Part shown: positions 36,754 to 47,045 of the stretch, piece by piece
How positions within the stretch are numbered: the stretch's first letter is position 1
Layout of the letters: each line of letters starts with the position of its first letter
Program-made: the position numbers and the translations under genes
From: an uncultured Alphaproteobacteria bacterium
GTDB taxonomy: Bacteria; Pseudomonadota; Alphaproteobacteria; Micavibrionales; Micavibrionaceae
DNA: 64,000 nucleotides
NCBI GenBank assembly: GCA_937931645.1
Contig: CALHAR010000006.1
Span: forward strand, 6,585 to 70,584
Direction: 5' to 3'
The notes under the pieces: generated by a model
Seen by the model: the letters and a program-made list of their open reading frames with translations, nothing else
Told to the model about the DNA's origin: nothing
The model's database searches: none

Positions 36754-38187
36754 ATGAAAAAGGCCATCTTCCTTTATTTAATAATTTTTATAGAAGGGTA
36801 TGTTGTTCTTTCGTCTGAACTGCTCGCCATAAGACAAGTCATGCCCTATGTTGGTGGCGGGACGGACACCACCTCAATCATCATTGCCGCAGTCTTACTC
36901 CCATTGGCCGTAGGGTATTATGCAGGAGGAAAATTTAAACCTAAATATAACCTGCTTGGTAAAAAGATAACTATTCGTCGCAAGTTATTACAGAATATTT
37001 TCATCTCTACGTTTTTCCTCGTCATCGGATTATCTTTTATTTTTGTGCATGACTTTTTTGATTTTTCTTTTCTCTATTTTGGTTTAAGCAGACTTGCGAT
37101 TACAGCTATCTATTCCCTTATTTTCCTCGTTTTTCCTGTTTTCCTATTGGCACAAACAATCCCATTAGCAAGTAATTTCTTTAGAAATGAAACGCTTTCT
37201 TTGGCAACAGGAAAAATGCTGTTCTTCTCAACAATTGGCTCGTTAATGGGGGCTATTTTCTCAACGTTAGTTTTAATGGCAACGATAGGCGTTAACCTAA
37301 CGGTGACTATTACTATTCTATGCTTATGCGTCTTATATTTTTTACTATCCAAGAAAAAGATATCTGTGCCCGCTATTATCATCCTCTTATTGGCTGGCGT
37401 TTCATTTCATATCAATAGTGACTATATGATGGGGCGTGCAGGTATCATTGAAAGCAATCAATATCACACCATCCAGATGAGCGAGTATGGGAATAATAAC
37501 AGGCTCATGACCTTAAACAACGCCCCAGCGGCAGGCTATAATCCAAATGGTGAACTTCCCTTTCCTTACATGCAATTTATTCAGAAGAATTTTGTCCAAC
37601 CTCTTGCCACTCAAGCAGATAAAAAATCTATTTTAGTGATTGGCGCTGGTGGCTTTACATTAGGGTTGCAAGACAGAAAAAATGACTACGTCTTTATTGA
37701 TATTGATGGCGCTTTAAAAGATGTATCAGAAAAATACTTACTGAAACAAAAGTTAAGCCCCAATAAAGAGTTTCACGCCCTGCCAGCACGGGGGTATTTA
37801 CAGCAAACCTCTAAGCAAAACAAAAAATTTGATTTAATAGTTATCGATACTTACCTAGGGCTTCATATTCCTGAACATCTGGTAACAAAAGAATTTTTCG
37901 ACACGGTAAAAGGCAGCCTCAATGATAATGGAGTTGTAGCCATGAATATCATTGCCTCTCCTACATTTACAAACACCTTTAGTGTGAATATAGACAATAC
38001 CATTAGATCAGCATTTCCAAACATTAACCGAGAGATTGTAGGACGCTATAATGGTTGGGCAAATAACCCTAAAAATGCACGGAATATAATATATAGCTAC
38101 TTCCATAAAAGTGGTAACGATAAACCTAATATTTATACCGACGATAAAAATCGTATTTATTACGATAAAACAAAGCCGATTGAATAA
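36754..38187 (+). CDS. fused polytopic membrane domain plus spermidine-synthase-like (class I SAM-MTase fold) protein
   Basis: About 7 N-terminal TM helices, then ILVIGAGGFTLG ... FIDIDG ... FDLIVIDTY. Confidence 0.65.
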   Translation: MKKAIFLYLIIFIEGYVVLSSELLAIRQVMPYVGGGTDTTSIIIAAVLLPLAVGYYAGGKFKPKYNLLGKKITIRRKLLQNIFISTFFLVIGLSFIFVHDFFDFSFLYFGLSRLAITAIYSLIFLVFPVFLLAQTIPLASNFFRNETLSLATGKMLFFSTIGSLMGAIFSTLVLMATIGVNLTVTITILCLCVLYFLLSKKKISVPAIIILLLAGVSFHINSDYMMGRAGIIESNQYHTIQMSEYGNNNRLMTLNNAPAAGYNPNGELPFPYMQFIQKNFVQPLATQADKKSILVIGAGGFTLGLQDRKNDYVFIDIDGALKDVSEKYLLKQKLSPNKEFHALPARGYLQQTSKQNKKFDLIVIDTYLGLHIPEHLVTKEFFDTVKGSLNDNGVVAMNIIASPTFTNTFSVNIDNTIRSAFPNINREIVGRYNGWANNPKNARNIIYSYFHKSGNDKPNIYTDDKNRIYYDKTKPIE

Positions 38188-38206
38188 AAGCGTTTAATAA
38201 AAACTC

Positions 38207-40381
38207 TTAATAAAAACTTTGCGGATCAATATCTATTTGCACACGAATTTTAGAAGACAGTTTAACTGCTTTCACCCAATGTTTTATCGCTTTTTGAATA
38301 TCAATAGATTTTTCTGAACGCACCAACAAACGGCGACGGAATTTTCCACGCAAGCGATACATTGGCGCTTCGGCGGGGCCTAATGTTTGTATTTTTTCTC
38401 CTTGCGGTGCAGCGCGCCCCAGCGCCATAGCCGCCTGCTCGACCTCACTCTCATCACGCCCTGATACAATAATCCCTGCCAACCGTGAAAAAGGCGGCAT
38501 GTCGGCAACCTCACGCTCTTGCAACTCGACTTCTAAGAAGTCATCCCGTTTACCACTGGCCAATGCTTGCATCACACGTGTTTCAGGGTTAAAGGTCTGT
38601 AAATACACAACGCCTTGCTCTGCCTCACGCCCTGCACGTCCTGCCACTTGGTGGAGTAATTGATAAACGCGTTCCGTCGCACGCAAGTCTCCCCCCGTTA
38701 ACCCTAGGTCGGCATCGACCACACCAACGCAAGTTAGTTTAGGGAAATGGTGTCCTTTAGCAATAATTTGCGTGCCTATAATAATATCAACATCGCCTTG
38801 TTGAATTTCCTCTAACTTCGTACGTAACTCGTCATGCGTTGTGGCGGTATCACTGGACAACACACAAATTCTTGCCTCAGGAAAGCGTTCTTGCACCTCC
38901 TCCAAGACACGCTCCACCCCTGGTCCACAAGCGGCTAAGCTATCTGGTTCACTACATTCAGGGCACGTATCAGGCATCTGCATATAATGGTCGCAATGAT
39001 GACAGTGTAGCTTACCTGTTCGCCGATGTTCAATCAGCCACGCCGTACAGCGCGGACATTGAAAGCGATGCCCGCAATGACGGCATAATGTTAAAGGCGC
39101 ATATCCACGGCGATTAAGGAACAAAAGCGCTTGCTGTTTTTTTTCTATTGTTTCCGCCACGGCTTTTTGCAAAGTAGGGGCAATAAAATGTTGACGGTCT
39201 TCTGGTTTATCCGCCTTTAAATCTATCAAATGAATCTCAGGCAAGCTCGCCCCGCCGTGACGCATGGGTAATGTTAAATGTTGATACCGTCCCGCCCACG
39301 CATTTTGCATGGTTTCTAATGACGGTGTGGCCGACACCATCAAGATTGGAAACTGTCCCAAATGCGCCCGCACAACCGCCATATCCCGCGCATGATAAAT
39401 TACGCCTTCTTCTTGCTTATAGGCAGGGTCATGCTCCTCATCGACAATGATAAGGCCTAAATCATGATAGGGTAAAAACAGTGCCGAACGCGCGCCAATA
39501 ACAACCTTGCTTTGCCCTTCCGCCACCCCGCGCCACGTTGTTTTACGCTTTGCAACACTTAAAGAGCTATGCCACAACGCAGGCGCACAGCCAAAGCGGG
39601 ACTTAAACCTATCTAAAAACGCATTAGATAACGCAATCTCCGGCAGTAAAATTAGGACTTGCTTATTCTGGCGTAATGCCTGCGCGACGGCCTCAAAATA
39701 AACCTCGGTTTTACCGGCGCCCGTCACCCCATCTAAGAGCGCTGCGCTATATTTGTTGTCTTTCACCATCTGAACAAGTGCGTCAGAGCATTCTTGTTGT
39801 GGAACAGACAATAATGCACCTGCGCGCTCCGCATCTGGTACACGGCATGGTGGCGGGGTTTGCAATGAAACAGTTTTTAAAAAACCTTTATTATAGAGCG
39901 TCTTAATAACTCCCGTTGAGCATCCTGCCTCCTCGGCCAGCTCAGACGCACGGCGAGGCAACCCATCTTTTGCAACCTCAACCACACGGCTTGCGGCAGG
40001 GGATAGACCTTTGCTCATATCCCCTTCACCCAGCACATAGCCCGTAATCGTCGCAGGAGGTTCCAACGCCTTTGGGACAGATAAGGTTAGCTTTAACACC
40101 GCACCTTTAGCCGCCATCGTATACCCCGCTATCCAATCTAAGAATTTCCGATGTACCGCCGGTAAAGGCGGCAAATCATATTTGGATATAATAGGTTTTA
40201 GTTTCTCTGGCTTAACATCACCCGCGCCTGCACCCCAAACAACAGCAGGAATCTCGCGCGCGCCCAATGGCACGCAGACATAATCCCCCTCACCCACGCT
40301 GATATGCGCAGGCAGACTATAATCATAGGCCTTATCAATCGGATACGGCGTCAATACAGCTTTTGTATTGGATGAACCCAT
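38207..40381 (-). CDS. priA: primosomal replication-restart helicase PriA
   Basis: 724 aa with GVTGAGKTEVY, DEEHD and the Cys-rich zinc region CRHCGH..CPRC..CHHC..CPEC. Confidence 0.93.
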   Translation of the reverse strand: MGSSNTKAVLTPYPIDKAYDYSLPAHISVGEGDYVCVPLGAREIPAVVWGAGAGDVKPEKLKPIISKYDLPPLPAVHRKFLDWIAGYTMAAKGAVLKLTLSVPKALEPPATITGYVLGEGDMSKGLSPAASRVVEVAKDGLPRRASELAEEAGCSTGVIKTLYNKGFLKTVSLQTPPPCRVPDAERAGALLSVPQQECSDALVQMVKDNKYSAALLDGVTGAGKTEVYFEAVAQALRQNKQVLILLPEIALSNAFLDRFKSRFGCAPALWHSSLSVAKRKTTWRGVAEGQSKVVIGARSALFLPYHDLGLIIVDEEHDPAYKQEEGVIYHARDMAVVRAHLGQFPILMVSATPSLETMQNAWAGRYQHLTLPMRHGGASLPEIHLIDLKADKPEDRQHFIAPTLQKAVAETIEKKQQALLFLNRRGYAPLTLCRHCGHRFQCPRCTAWLIEHRRTGKLHCHHCDHYMQMPDTCPECSEPDSLAACGPGVERVLEEVQERFPEARICVLSSDTATTHDELRTKLEEIQQGDVDIIIGTQIIAKGHHFPKLTCVGVVDADLGLTGGDLRATERVYQLLHQVAGRAGREAEQGVVYLQTFNPETRVMQALASGKRDDFLEVELQEREVADMPPFSRLAGIIVSGRDESEVEQAAMALGRAAPQGEKIQTLGPAEAPMYRLRGKFRRRLLVRSEKSIDIQKAIKHWVKAVKLSSKIRVQIDIDPQSFY

Positions 40382-40459
40382 AAACCCCTCTTGAAATTAT
40401 GCGTTGAACTGTTTACTTATAATTCCACAATACACTTAAAATAAGAAAGAGATAAACCC

Positions 40460-41119
40460 ATGAAATTTTTTGCCGATACATCTGATATTGATGCCATTAA
40501 AGACCTTGCTGATTGCGGTATGCTGGACGGTGTAACCACCAACCCTTCTATCATTGCTAAATCAGGTAAAGAGTTTATCCCGCTTATCCAAGAAATCTGT
40601 AAAATTTGCCCCGACGCCCCTGTCAGCGCCGAAGTTGCCTCCACAGATTTTGAAACAATGATGAAAGAAGGCGAAAAACTTGCCAGTATAGCAGACAACA
40701 TCGCGGTCAAAGTGCCCCTGACGGAGGCTGGTCTTAAAGTCTGTAAAAACTTGAGCGAGAACGGCACAATGGTCAACGTAACTTTATGTTTTTCACCGCT
40801 TCAGGCTTTATTAGCCGCCAAAGCGGGCGCAACATTCATCTCTCCTTTTGTCGGCCGTTTAGATGACATTGGTCAAACGGGTATGGATTTAATTGCTGAA
40901 ATTTTAACAATTTATGATAACTACCCTGAATTTCATACAGAGGTTCTGGTTGCTTCAGTTCGTCACCCACAACATATCCGCGAAAGTGCCTTAATGGGCG
41001 CAGACGTTGTGACATGCCCGCCAGATGTGATTAAGAAGCTTTACAAACACCCATTGACCGATAACGGCCTTGCCGCCTTTGTTGAAGATTGGAAGAAGAC
41101 GGGTCAAAGCATTTTGTAA
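40460..41119 (+). CDS. tal: short-type transaldolase / fructose-6-phosphate aldolase family
   Basis: 219 aa with [14 protein letters not shown]...GVTTNPSI...VKVP...SPFVGR. Confidence 0.9.
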   Translation: MKFFADTSDIDAIKDLADCGMLDGVTTNPSIIAKSGKEFIPLIQEICKICPDAPVSAEVASTDFETMMKEGEKLASIADNIAVKVPLTEAGLKVCKNLSENGTMVNVTLCFSPLQALLAAKAGATFISPFVGRLDDIGQTGMDLIAEILTIYDNYPEFHTEVLVASVRHPQHIRESALMGADVVTCPPDVIKKLYKHPLTDNGLAAFVEDWKKTGQSIL

Positions 41120-41151
41120 ATTATAACCACAGAGTACACAGAGATTTGTTT

Positions 41152-41198
41152 GAGTTCACAGAGAAAAAGAATAATAAAAGCTCTGTGAACTCTTTTTT
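41152..41198 (+). terminator. rho-independent terminator of tal
   Basis: 12-bp stem GAGTTCACAGAG / CTCTGTGAACTC with a 17-nt loop, followed by TTTTTT. Confidence 0.8.
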
Positions 41199-41229
41199 AT
41201 CTCCACGGTTGTCTGTGATAATATAAGAA

Positions 41230-41931
41230 ATGACTGATTCACAAAAAATAAAAACGCCAACTTTATCCGCAGAAGATATTATAGATTTCCTACGTGATAA
41301 TCCTAAATTTTTGCAACAAAATCCTGAAGCTTGCGATTTTCTTACGCCCCCAAAAAACGATGATAAAAAAGTCACCGACTTTCAAAGTTTTATGATTGAG
41401 CGTCTTAAGGACGATAAAGAAAAAGTCATCGAGACCACACAAAATATTGTTGAAAATGTTCGCTCCAATATGAACAACCAACAACGCATCCATAAAGTCA
41501 TTTTGCGTTTGTTAGAGGCTCGTAACTTTGAAGAGTTCATTCATATTATTACGATGGATATGTCGAGTATGCTTGATACCGACATCTCTGTTCTGGTCAT
41601 TGAAAGCAATGGACAAGACATCCCCCATATCATGACCAATGGCATTCGTGTGCTGCCCGAAGGCACCATCGATAAATGGATGAACGGCCAAAGTGTCTTG
41701 TTGCAAGAAAACATTACAGGGATTGAAGCTATTTTTGGTGGTGGTGCAAATCTTGTTCAATCACAAGCACTACTCCGTGTTGATATTTCAATGGATACCC
41801 CGCCCGCCATTCTCGCTTTCGGTAGCCGTGATCCATTGATGTTCCAAGACGGTCAAGCCACAGACCAAGTTTCCTTCCTCGCCCGTGTGGTTGAACGTGC
41901 CTTTAGAAACTGGTTAAATATACCACGATAA
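41230..41931 (+). CDS. DUF484 (GAF-like) protein
   Basis: 233 aa with the N-terminus EDIIDFLRDNPKFLQQNPE. It sits immediately upstream of xerC, the classical arrangement. Confidence 0.7.
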   Translation: MTDSQKIKTPTLSAEDIIDFLRDNPKFLQQNPEACDFLTPPKNDDKKVTDFQSFMIERLKDDKEKVIETTQNIVENVRSNMNNQQRIHKVILRLLEARNFEEFIHIITMDMSSMLDTDISVLVIESNGQDIPHIMTNGIRVLPEGTIDKWMNGQSVLLQENITGIEAIFGGGANLVQSQALLRVDISMDTPPAILAFGSRDPLMFQDGQATDQVSFLARVVERAFRNWLNIPR

Positions 41932-41961
41932 TATTCTACCAATTTATGATACAATACGCTC

Positions 41962-42891
41962 ATGATATCTCTTATTACCTTAGAGCGTTGCGAAGCTGAC
42001 TTTGCCGATATTCTTCAGCAATGGCAAACCTATCTGACCAGCGAACGAAACCTTTCTCAACATACATTACGGGCTTATTGCTCTGACATGACACGCTTCA
42101 TTGATTTTTTAAGCCAGCACCAAAGTGAGGCTATCTCAATCAATGCATTAAGCGCGGCAAATATCACTGATTTTCGGAGTTGGTTATCTAACCAAGCCAA
42201 TAACGGTGCCTCCACCCAGACCCGCGCTCGTGCCCTATCCAGTGTCAAAAACTTCCTAAACTGGATGGACGACCAAGGCATCGCGCATAACGCCGCCATT
42301 GCCACCGTGCGTGCGCCGAAACTACCACGCAAACTCCCTCGTCCTATGGAACAAACTCAAGCTTTTCGCCTCCTAGATGATATGATCTTAGAAGACTGGG
42401 TTGCTATTCGTGATCGTGCACTCTTTACACTTCTCTATGGGAGTGGCTTGCGTATTAACGAAGCCCTATCGCTCAACATTAATGATATGCCACGTGATGG
42501 ATTTATCCGCGTTATCGGTAAAGGAAATAAAGAACGGCAAGTACCTATCTTGGCGCAGGTTGAGCATAGACTAACTGAATATCGTACCGCTTGTCCGTAC
42601 CCTGAAACACCAACCCGCGCTTTATTTTTAGGGGCAAAAGGCGGACGTCTCCATCAAGGCGTTGTTCAAAAAGCTATGCGTGATTTACGCGCGCAATTAA
42701 GCTTACCTGAAACGGCCACACCACATGCCCTACGCCACAGCTTCGCCACGCATTTATTACAAAATGGTGCTAATTTACGTGAAATTCAGGAACTTCTCGG
42801 TCATGCTTCCTTAAGCACAACTCAGCGCTACACTGACGTCAATTTTGAAGACTTACGCACCGTCTACGAAAAAGCACATCCGCGAAGTTAG
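41962..42891 (+). CDS. xerC: tyrosine site-specific recombinase XerC (XerC/XerD family)
   Basis: 309 aa. The catalytic residues are in context: R..LRINEAL, HALRHSFATHLL, LLGHASLSTTQRYT. Confidence 0.85.
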   Translation: MISLITLERCEADFADILQQWQTYLTSERNLSQHTLRAYCSDMTRFIDFLSQHQSEAISINALSAANITDFRSWLSNQANNGASTQTRARALSSVKNFLNWMDDQGIAHNAAIATVRAPKLPRKLPRPMEQTQAFRLLDDMILEDWVAIRDRALFTLLYGSGLRINEALSLNINDMPRDGFIRVIGKGNKERQVPILAQVEHRLTEYRTACPYPETPTRALFLGAKGGRLHQGVVQKAMRDLRAQLSLPETATPHALRHSFATHLLQNGANLREIQELLGHASLSTTQRYTDVNFEDLRTVYEKAHPRS

Positions 42892-42895
42892 CAGG

Positions 42896-44290
42896 CTACA
42901 TATGGATTTCGCGGCCATCAACCGCCAAGGCCGCTTCTTTAACCACCTCTTCCAATGTTGGGTGAGCGTGACAAGTGCGAGCAATATCTTCAGCGCTTGT
43001 GCCAAATTCCATCCCTAAAACCACCTCGGCAATCAAGGTTCCTGCTTCAGGGCCAATAATGTGACAACCCAATACACGGTCTGTCTTGGCATCAGCCAAT
43101 ATTTTAACAAAACCATCAACCATATTCATCGCGCGTGCGCGACCATTCGCCATAAAAGGAAACTTACCCGCTTTATAAGCAATTCCTGCTTCTTTTAACT
43201 GCTCTTCCGTTTGCCCGACATTGGCAACCTCTGGCCATGTGTAAACCACGCCAGGGATTAAATTATAATCAATGTGTCCAGATTGACCGTCCAGCATTTC
43301 GGCCAGTACAACGCCCTCATCTTCGGCTTTATGCGCCAGCATCGGCCCTGCGATAACATCACCAATCGCATAAATACCATCAACATTCGTTTTAAAATGT
43401 GCGTCGGTTTTAACGCGTCCGCGCTCATCTGTTTCAACGCCGACAGTGTCCAACCCAAGGCTATCTGTATAAGCCTTACGTCCGACAGCAACCAACACAA
43501 TGTCGGCCTTCATTTTCTCTTCGTCACCACCAGCGGCGGCTTCCAATGTTAAATTAACACCTGACTTACCCGCTTTAGCAGAGGTTACTTTGGTAGAAAG
43601 TTTGAAGTTCAAACCTTGTTTTTTGAAAATTTTACCCGCTTCTTTACGAATTTCACCATCCATACCAGGAAGAATTTGATCAACAAACTCCACAACTGTG
43701 ACATTCGCGCCCAAACGAGACCAGACAGAGCCAAGCTCTAACCCAATAACACCACCGCCAATAACAACCATTTCTTTTGGCACTTCTTTAAGTTCCAACG
43801 CACCTGTTGAAGACACAATTTTCTTTTCATCAATTTCAATACCAGGAAGTCCCGCCACATCGGAGCCCGTCGCAATCACAATATTTTTTGTATCATAAGT
43901 TTTACCGGCTACATCAACTTGGCCTTTAGCAACAATTTTACCTGCACCTTTGAGCCAATCAATTTTGTTTTTCTTAAATAAAAACTCAATTCCCTTGGTG
44001 TTGGCTTCTACCACGCTATCTTTATATTTCATCATCGTTGGCAGGTCGAGATTCACGCCCCCTGTTTTAATACCAAGACTCTCAAAACTCGCTTCCGCTT
44101 CATGATATTTCTCTGATGTACTTAACATCGCCTTCGATGGAATACAGCCCACATTTAAACATGTACCACCCAGCGTATCGCGTTTTTCAACGCAAGCAAC
44201 CTTCATACCCAGTTGCGCCGCACGTATCGCACAAACATAGCCGCCAGGGCCAGAACCGATAACAATAAGATCATAAGAAGACGAAGCCAT
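42896..44290 (-). CDS. lpdA: dihydrolipoyl dehydrogenase (E3)
   Basis: 464 aa with GSGPGGY, the redox disulfide [13 protein letters not shown] and HAHPT. Confidence 0.95.
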   Translation of the reverse strand: MASSSYDLIVIGSGPGGYVCAIRAAQLGMKVACVEKRDTLGGTCLNVGCIPSKAMLSTSEKYHEAEASFESLGIKTGGVNLDLPTMMKYKDSVVEANTKGIEFLFKKNKIDWLKGAGKIVAKGQVDVAGKTYDTKNIVIATGSDVAGLPGIEIDEKKIVSSTGALELKEVPKEMVVIGGGVIGLELGSVWSRLGANVTVVEFVDQILPGMDGEIRKEAGKIFKKQGLNFKLSTKVTSAKAGKSGVNLTLEAAAGGDEEKMKADIVLVAVGRKAYTDSLGLDTVGVETDERGRVKTDAHFKTNVDGIYAIGDVIAGPMLAHKAEDEGVVLAEMLDGQSGHIDYNLIPGVVYTWPEVANVGQTEEQLKEAGIAYKAGKFPFMANGRARAMNMVDGFVKILADAKTDRVLGCHIIGPEAGTLIAEVVLGMEFGTSAEDIARTCHAHPTLEEVVKEAALAVDGREIHM

Positions 44291-44397
44291 AAATTTTACC
44301 CTATAAATGTGAAAGATGATTGATTTTACACGTAGATTTGTAGCTTATTGGGCAAATTAAGGCTAGTATAAATCAAATTAAAGGCTGAAATAATCTT

Positions 44398-45363
44398 ATG
44401 ACATCTACCCCCTTCTCTCATATGCAAGCGGCATTGGACATGGCCTTAGACAGTCCACACCCAACTAATAAGATTGCCGCGACGTTATTTGGCACCAATA
44501 AAGAGAGAGAAGACTTCTCTATCTCTCACCATAATCATTGGCCTGCCCCCATTCAGGAAAAAATTGGCACAGAGATTAAAATTGGTAATTCTTCTGGGAC
44601 CATCCACGCAGAAACCGCCTGTATCTTAAACTCACCTTATTCGGTCGAAGGCGCATCACTTTGTATTACAGACCCGTTTTGCCCGAATTGTGCCAAGAAC
44701 ATTGCAGAAGCAGGAATTAAGAATATCTACCTTGATGAAGAAGGGTTTGATAAAGATTTTTTCATACGTCGAGGTGAAAATTTTGATCGTATGTCGATGC
44801 AAATTTGCGAACGTGCTGGCATTAATGTTTACGCCCTTGATATGGAAGAAAATAAAACACGTACTATTTTAGAAGTTCCTAAAAATTATAAACCTATCGA
44901 AGATAGTCCAGTTTCTGCCGAACCTATTGAAAGCATCAATGAGGCAATTTTATATGACATCATTGAAGCAGCCACTCAAAATAACAAACGCCGTAAATTC
45001 GCGGTTGCTATGGCAAAAAATAAGAATGGTAATGATTTTGCTCTTATTGCCCGTTCTCATGCAGTTGTTGGGTATTCAATGCATAAACCTGAAGAAGCGC
45101 TTGATTTACTAACACCGCGAGGAAAATATAGCTTTATTCAAGAACCCGTAAACCGCTTAATGATGTACATGTCACGTAAGGGGTTTACGCTTTATCCCGA
45201 TTATTTATATTGTAGCCAAGTGCCAACGGCACGCGAGCAAGTAAATTTAGTTGGCGCAGGCATCAAACGCATTACCGTTGGTGATACCCAAAAATGTCGA
45301 GATCCACGCGGCCTTGATGCAATGGCGCAATTAAAATCCGCGAAAATTTTGAATTATTCTTAA
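44398..45363 (+). CDS. tandem deaminase-fold protein: N-terminal dCMP/CMP-deaminase-like domain plus a degenerate second copy
   Basis: Domain 1 has HAETACIL and PFCPNCAKNIAEAGIKNIY. Domain 2 has SHAVVG (no Glu) and CSQVPTAREQVNLVGAGIKRI (no second Cys) at the equivalent positions. Confidence 0.6.
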   Translation: MTSTPFSHMQAALDMALDSPHPTNKIAATLFGTNKEREDFSISHHNHWPAPIQEKIGTEIKIGNSSGTIHAETACILNSPYSVEGASLCITDPFCPNCAKNIAEAGIKNIYLDEEGFDKDFFIRRGENFDRMSMQICERAGINVYALDMEENKTRTILEVPKNYKPIEDSPVSAEPIESINEAILYDIIEAATQNNKRRKFAVAMAKNKNGNDFALIARSHAVVGYSMHKPEEALDLLTPRGKYSFIQEPVNRLMMYMSRKGFTLYPDYLYCSQVPTAREQVNLVGAGIKRITVGDTQKCRDPRGLDAMAQLKSAKILNYS

Positions 45364-45372
45364 GCTGATCAC

Positions 45373-46953
45373 TTAGAGATCAAGCAATAGTCTTTGCGGA
45401 TCTTCCAAGGCTTCTTTGATACGTACGAGGAAACTAACAGATTCTTTACCATCAATGATACGATGATCGTAAGACAGTGCCAGATACATCATTGGACGTG
45501 CCTCAATAGAACCATCAGGCATCACCATTGGACGCTGTTGAATTTTATGCATACCCAAAATAGCACTTTGTGGCGCATTCAGAATTGGTGTCGCCATAAG
45601 CGAACCAAACACGCCACCATTGGTAACTGTAAATGTACCGCCCTGCATTTCAGCCATGGAGATTTTTCCATCACGGGCGCGCGTTCCAACATCAATGATG
45701 TCTTTTTCAATTTGCGCCATAGATTTTTTATCACAATCACGAATAACAGGAACGATAAGTCCTTGCGGCGTACTCACCGCGATACCAATATCGTAGTAAT
45801 TTTTGTAAATAATATCATCGCCATCAATTTCCGCATTAACCGCAGGAAACTCTTTCAAGGCCTGAACCGCCGCCTTTACAAAGAAAGACATGAAGCCAAG
45901 CTTCACATCATGCTTCTTCACAAAACTTTCTTGATACTGCTTACGCAACGCCATGACAGCGCCCATATCAGCTTCATTAAAGGTTGTTAAGATCGCCGCT
46001 GTTTCTTGCGCACCTTTCAAACGTTTCGCAATAACTTGACGGAGCTTCGTCATACGCACGCGCTCTTCACGCGCCCCGCTATCAACCACAGCGTTCATTG
46101 TTGATGGCGCAGATGTAGAAACTGGAGCCGCAACCGGTTTTTGCGCTGGCGCGCTTGCACCACCAGCCATATGATTTTGAACGTCTTCTTTTGTAATACG
46201 GCCATCTTTACCTGTACCGGCAATCTTAGACGGATCTAAATTATTATCACCGACCATTTTTGTAACCGCAGGAGATAGCTTATGGGCTTCGCCTGATACT
46301 GGCGCAACGGTAGAAGCGACAACTTCTTCTTTAACTGTTTCTGATTTTTGAGAAGGCGCAGGACTAGCCGCTGCCCCTGAACCACTAATTTCACCAAGCA
46401 AGGCACCGACTTCAACATCTTTACCTTCTGGGATAGCGATAGAGCTAATCACACCCGCCGCAGGAGCATTAACCTCTAACGTCACTTTATCGGTTTCTAA
46501 CTCAACCAAAGGCTCATCAAGCGCAACAGTGTCCCCTTCTTTTTTAAGCCATTGCGCGACCGTCGCTTCGGACACGGATTCACCCAATGTTGGGACAATA
46601 ATTTGAGTAGCATCTGTACTACCATTCGCCACAGGTGCTGGTGCTTCTTTAACTATTTCCGTTTTCACAGGTGCTGCCTGAGGGGTAACTTCAGGAGCAG
46701 GTTTATTTGCCGCACTACCTTCACCGCCAATTTCACCGAGTAGCGAGCCGACTTCAACATCTTCACCCTCTTTCACAATAATAGAGCTAATCACACCCGC
46801 CGCAGGAGAGTTGACCTCCAACGTTACCTTGTCAGTTTCTAGCTCAACCAAAGGCTCATCAAGAGCAACAGTGTCTCCTTCCTTTTTAAGCCACTGCGCG
46901 ACAGTTGCTTCAGATACGGATTCACCTAATGTTGGGACGACAATTTTAGTCAT
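45373..46953 (-). CDS. sucB: 2-oxoglutarate dehydrogenase E2, dihydrolipoyllysine-residue succinyltransferase, with two lipoyl domains
   Basis: 526 aa with two ETDKVT lipoyl domains, Ala/Pro linkers, a PSBD (LSPAVTKMV) and the catalytic DHRIIDG. Confidence 0.95.
   Translation of the reverse strand: MTKIVVPTLGESVSEATVAQWLKKEGDTVALDEPLVELETDKVTLEVNSPAAGVISSIIVKEGEDVEVGSLLGEIGGEGSAANKPAPEVTPQAAPVKTEIVKEAPAPVANGSTDATQIIVPTLGESVSEATVAQWLKKEGDTVALDEPLVELETDKVTLEVNAPAAGVISSIAIPEGKDVEVGALLGEISGSGAAASPAPSQKSETVKEEVVASTVAPVSGEAHKLSPAVTKMVGDNNLDPSKIAGTGKDGRITKEDVQNHMAGGASAPAQKPVAAPVSTSAPSTMNAVVDSGAREERVRMTKLRQVIAKRLKGAQETAAILTTFNEADMGAVMALRKQYQESFVKKHDVKLGFMSFFVKAAVQALKEFPAVNAEIDGDDIIYKNYYDIGIAVSTPQGLIVPVIRDCDKKSMAQIEKDIIDVGTRARDGKISMAEMQGGTFTVTNGGVFGSLMATPILNAPQSAILGMHKIQQRPMVMPDGSIEARPMMYLALSYDHRIIDGKESVSFLVRIKEALEDPQRLLLDL
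46468..46938. repeat. intragenic duplication encoding the two sucB lipoyl domains
   Basis: Blocks 46468-46596 and 46810-46938 (129 nt each) encode the same 43 aa and differ at 17 nt. Confidence 0.9.
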
Positions 46954-47045
46954 TTGAAAACTCTTCTTTCTTTGTAAGTCTCTATTCTATTTATAGTTTT
47001 AGCGTTAAGTCTCTACCGCGCCAAGAGGTAATTTGCAAAAATAAC

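Noticed and set aside
41962-42891. Tyrosine recombinase as a marker of an integrated mobile element
   Set aside because: The DUF484-xerC arrangement and the XerC/D-type motifs indicate the housekeeping dimer-resolution recombinase. No att-like direct repeats or phage or ICE genes flank it.
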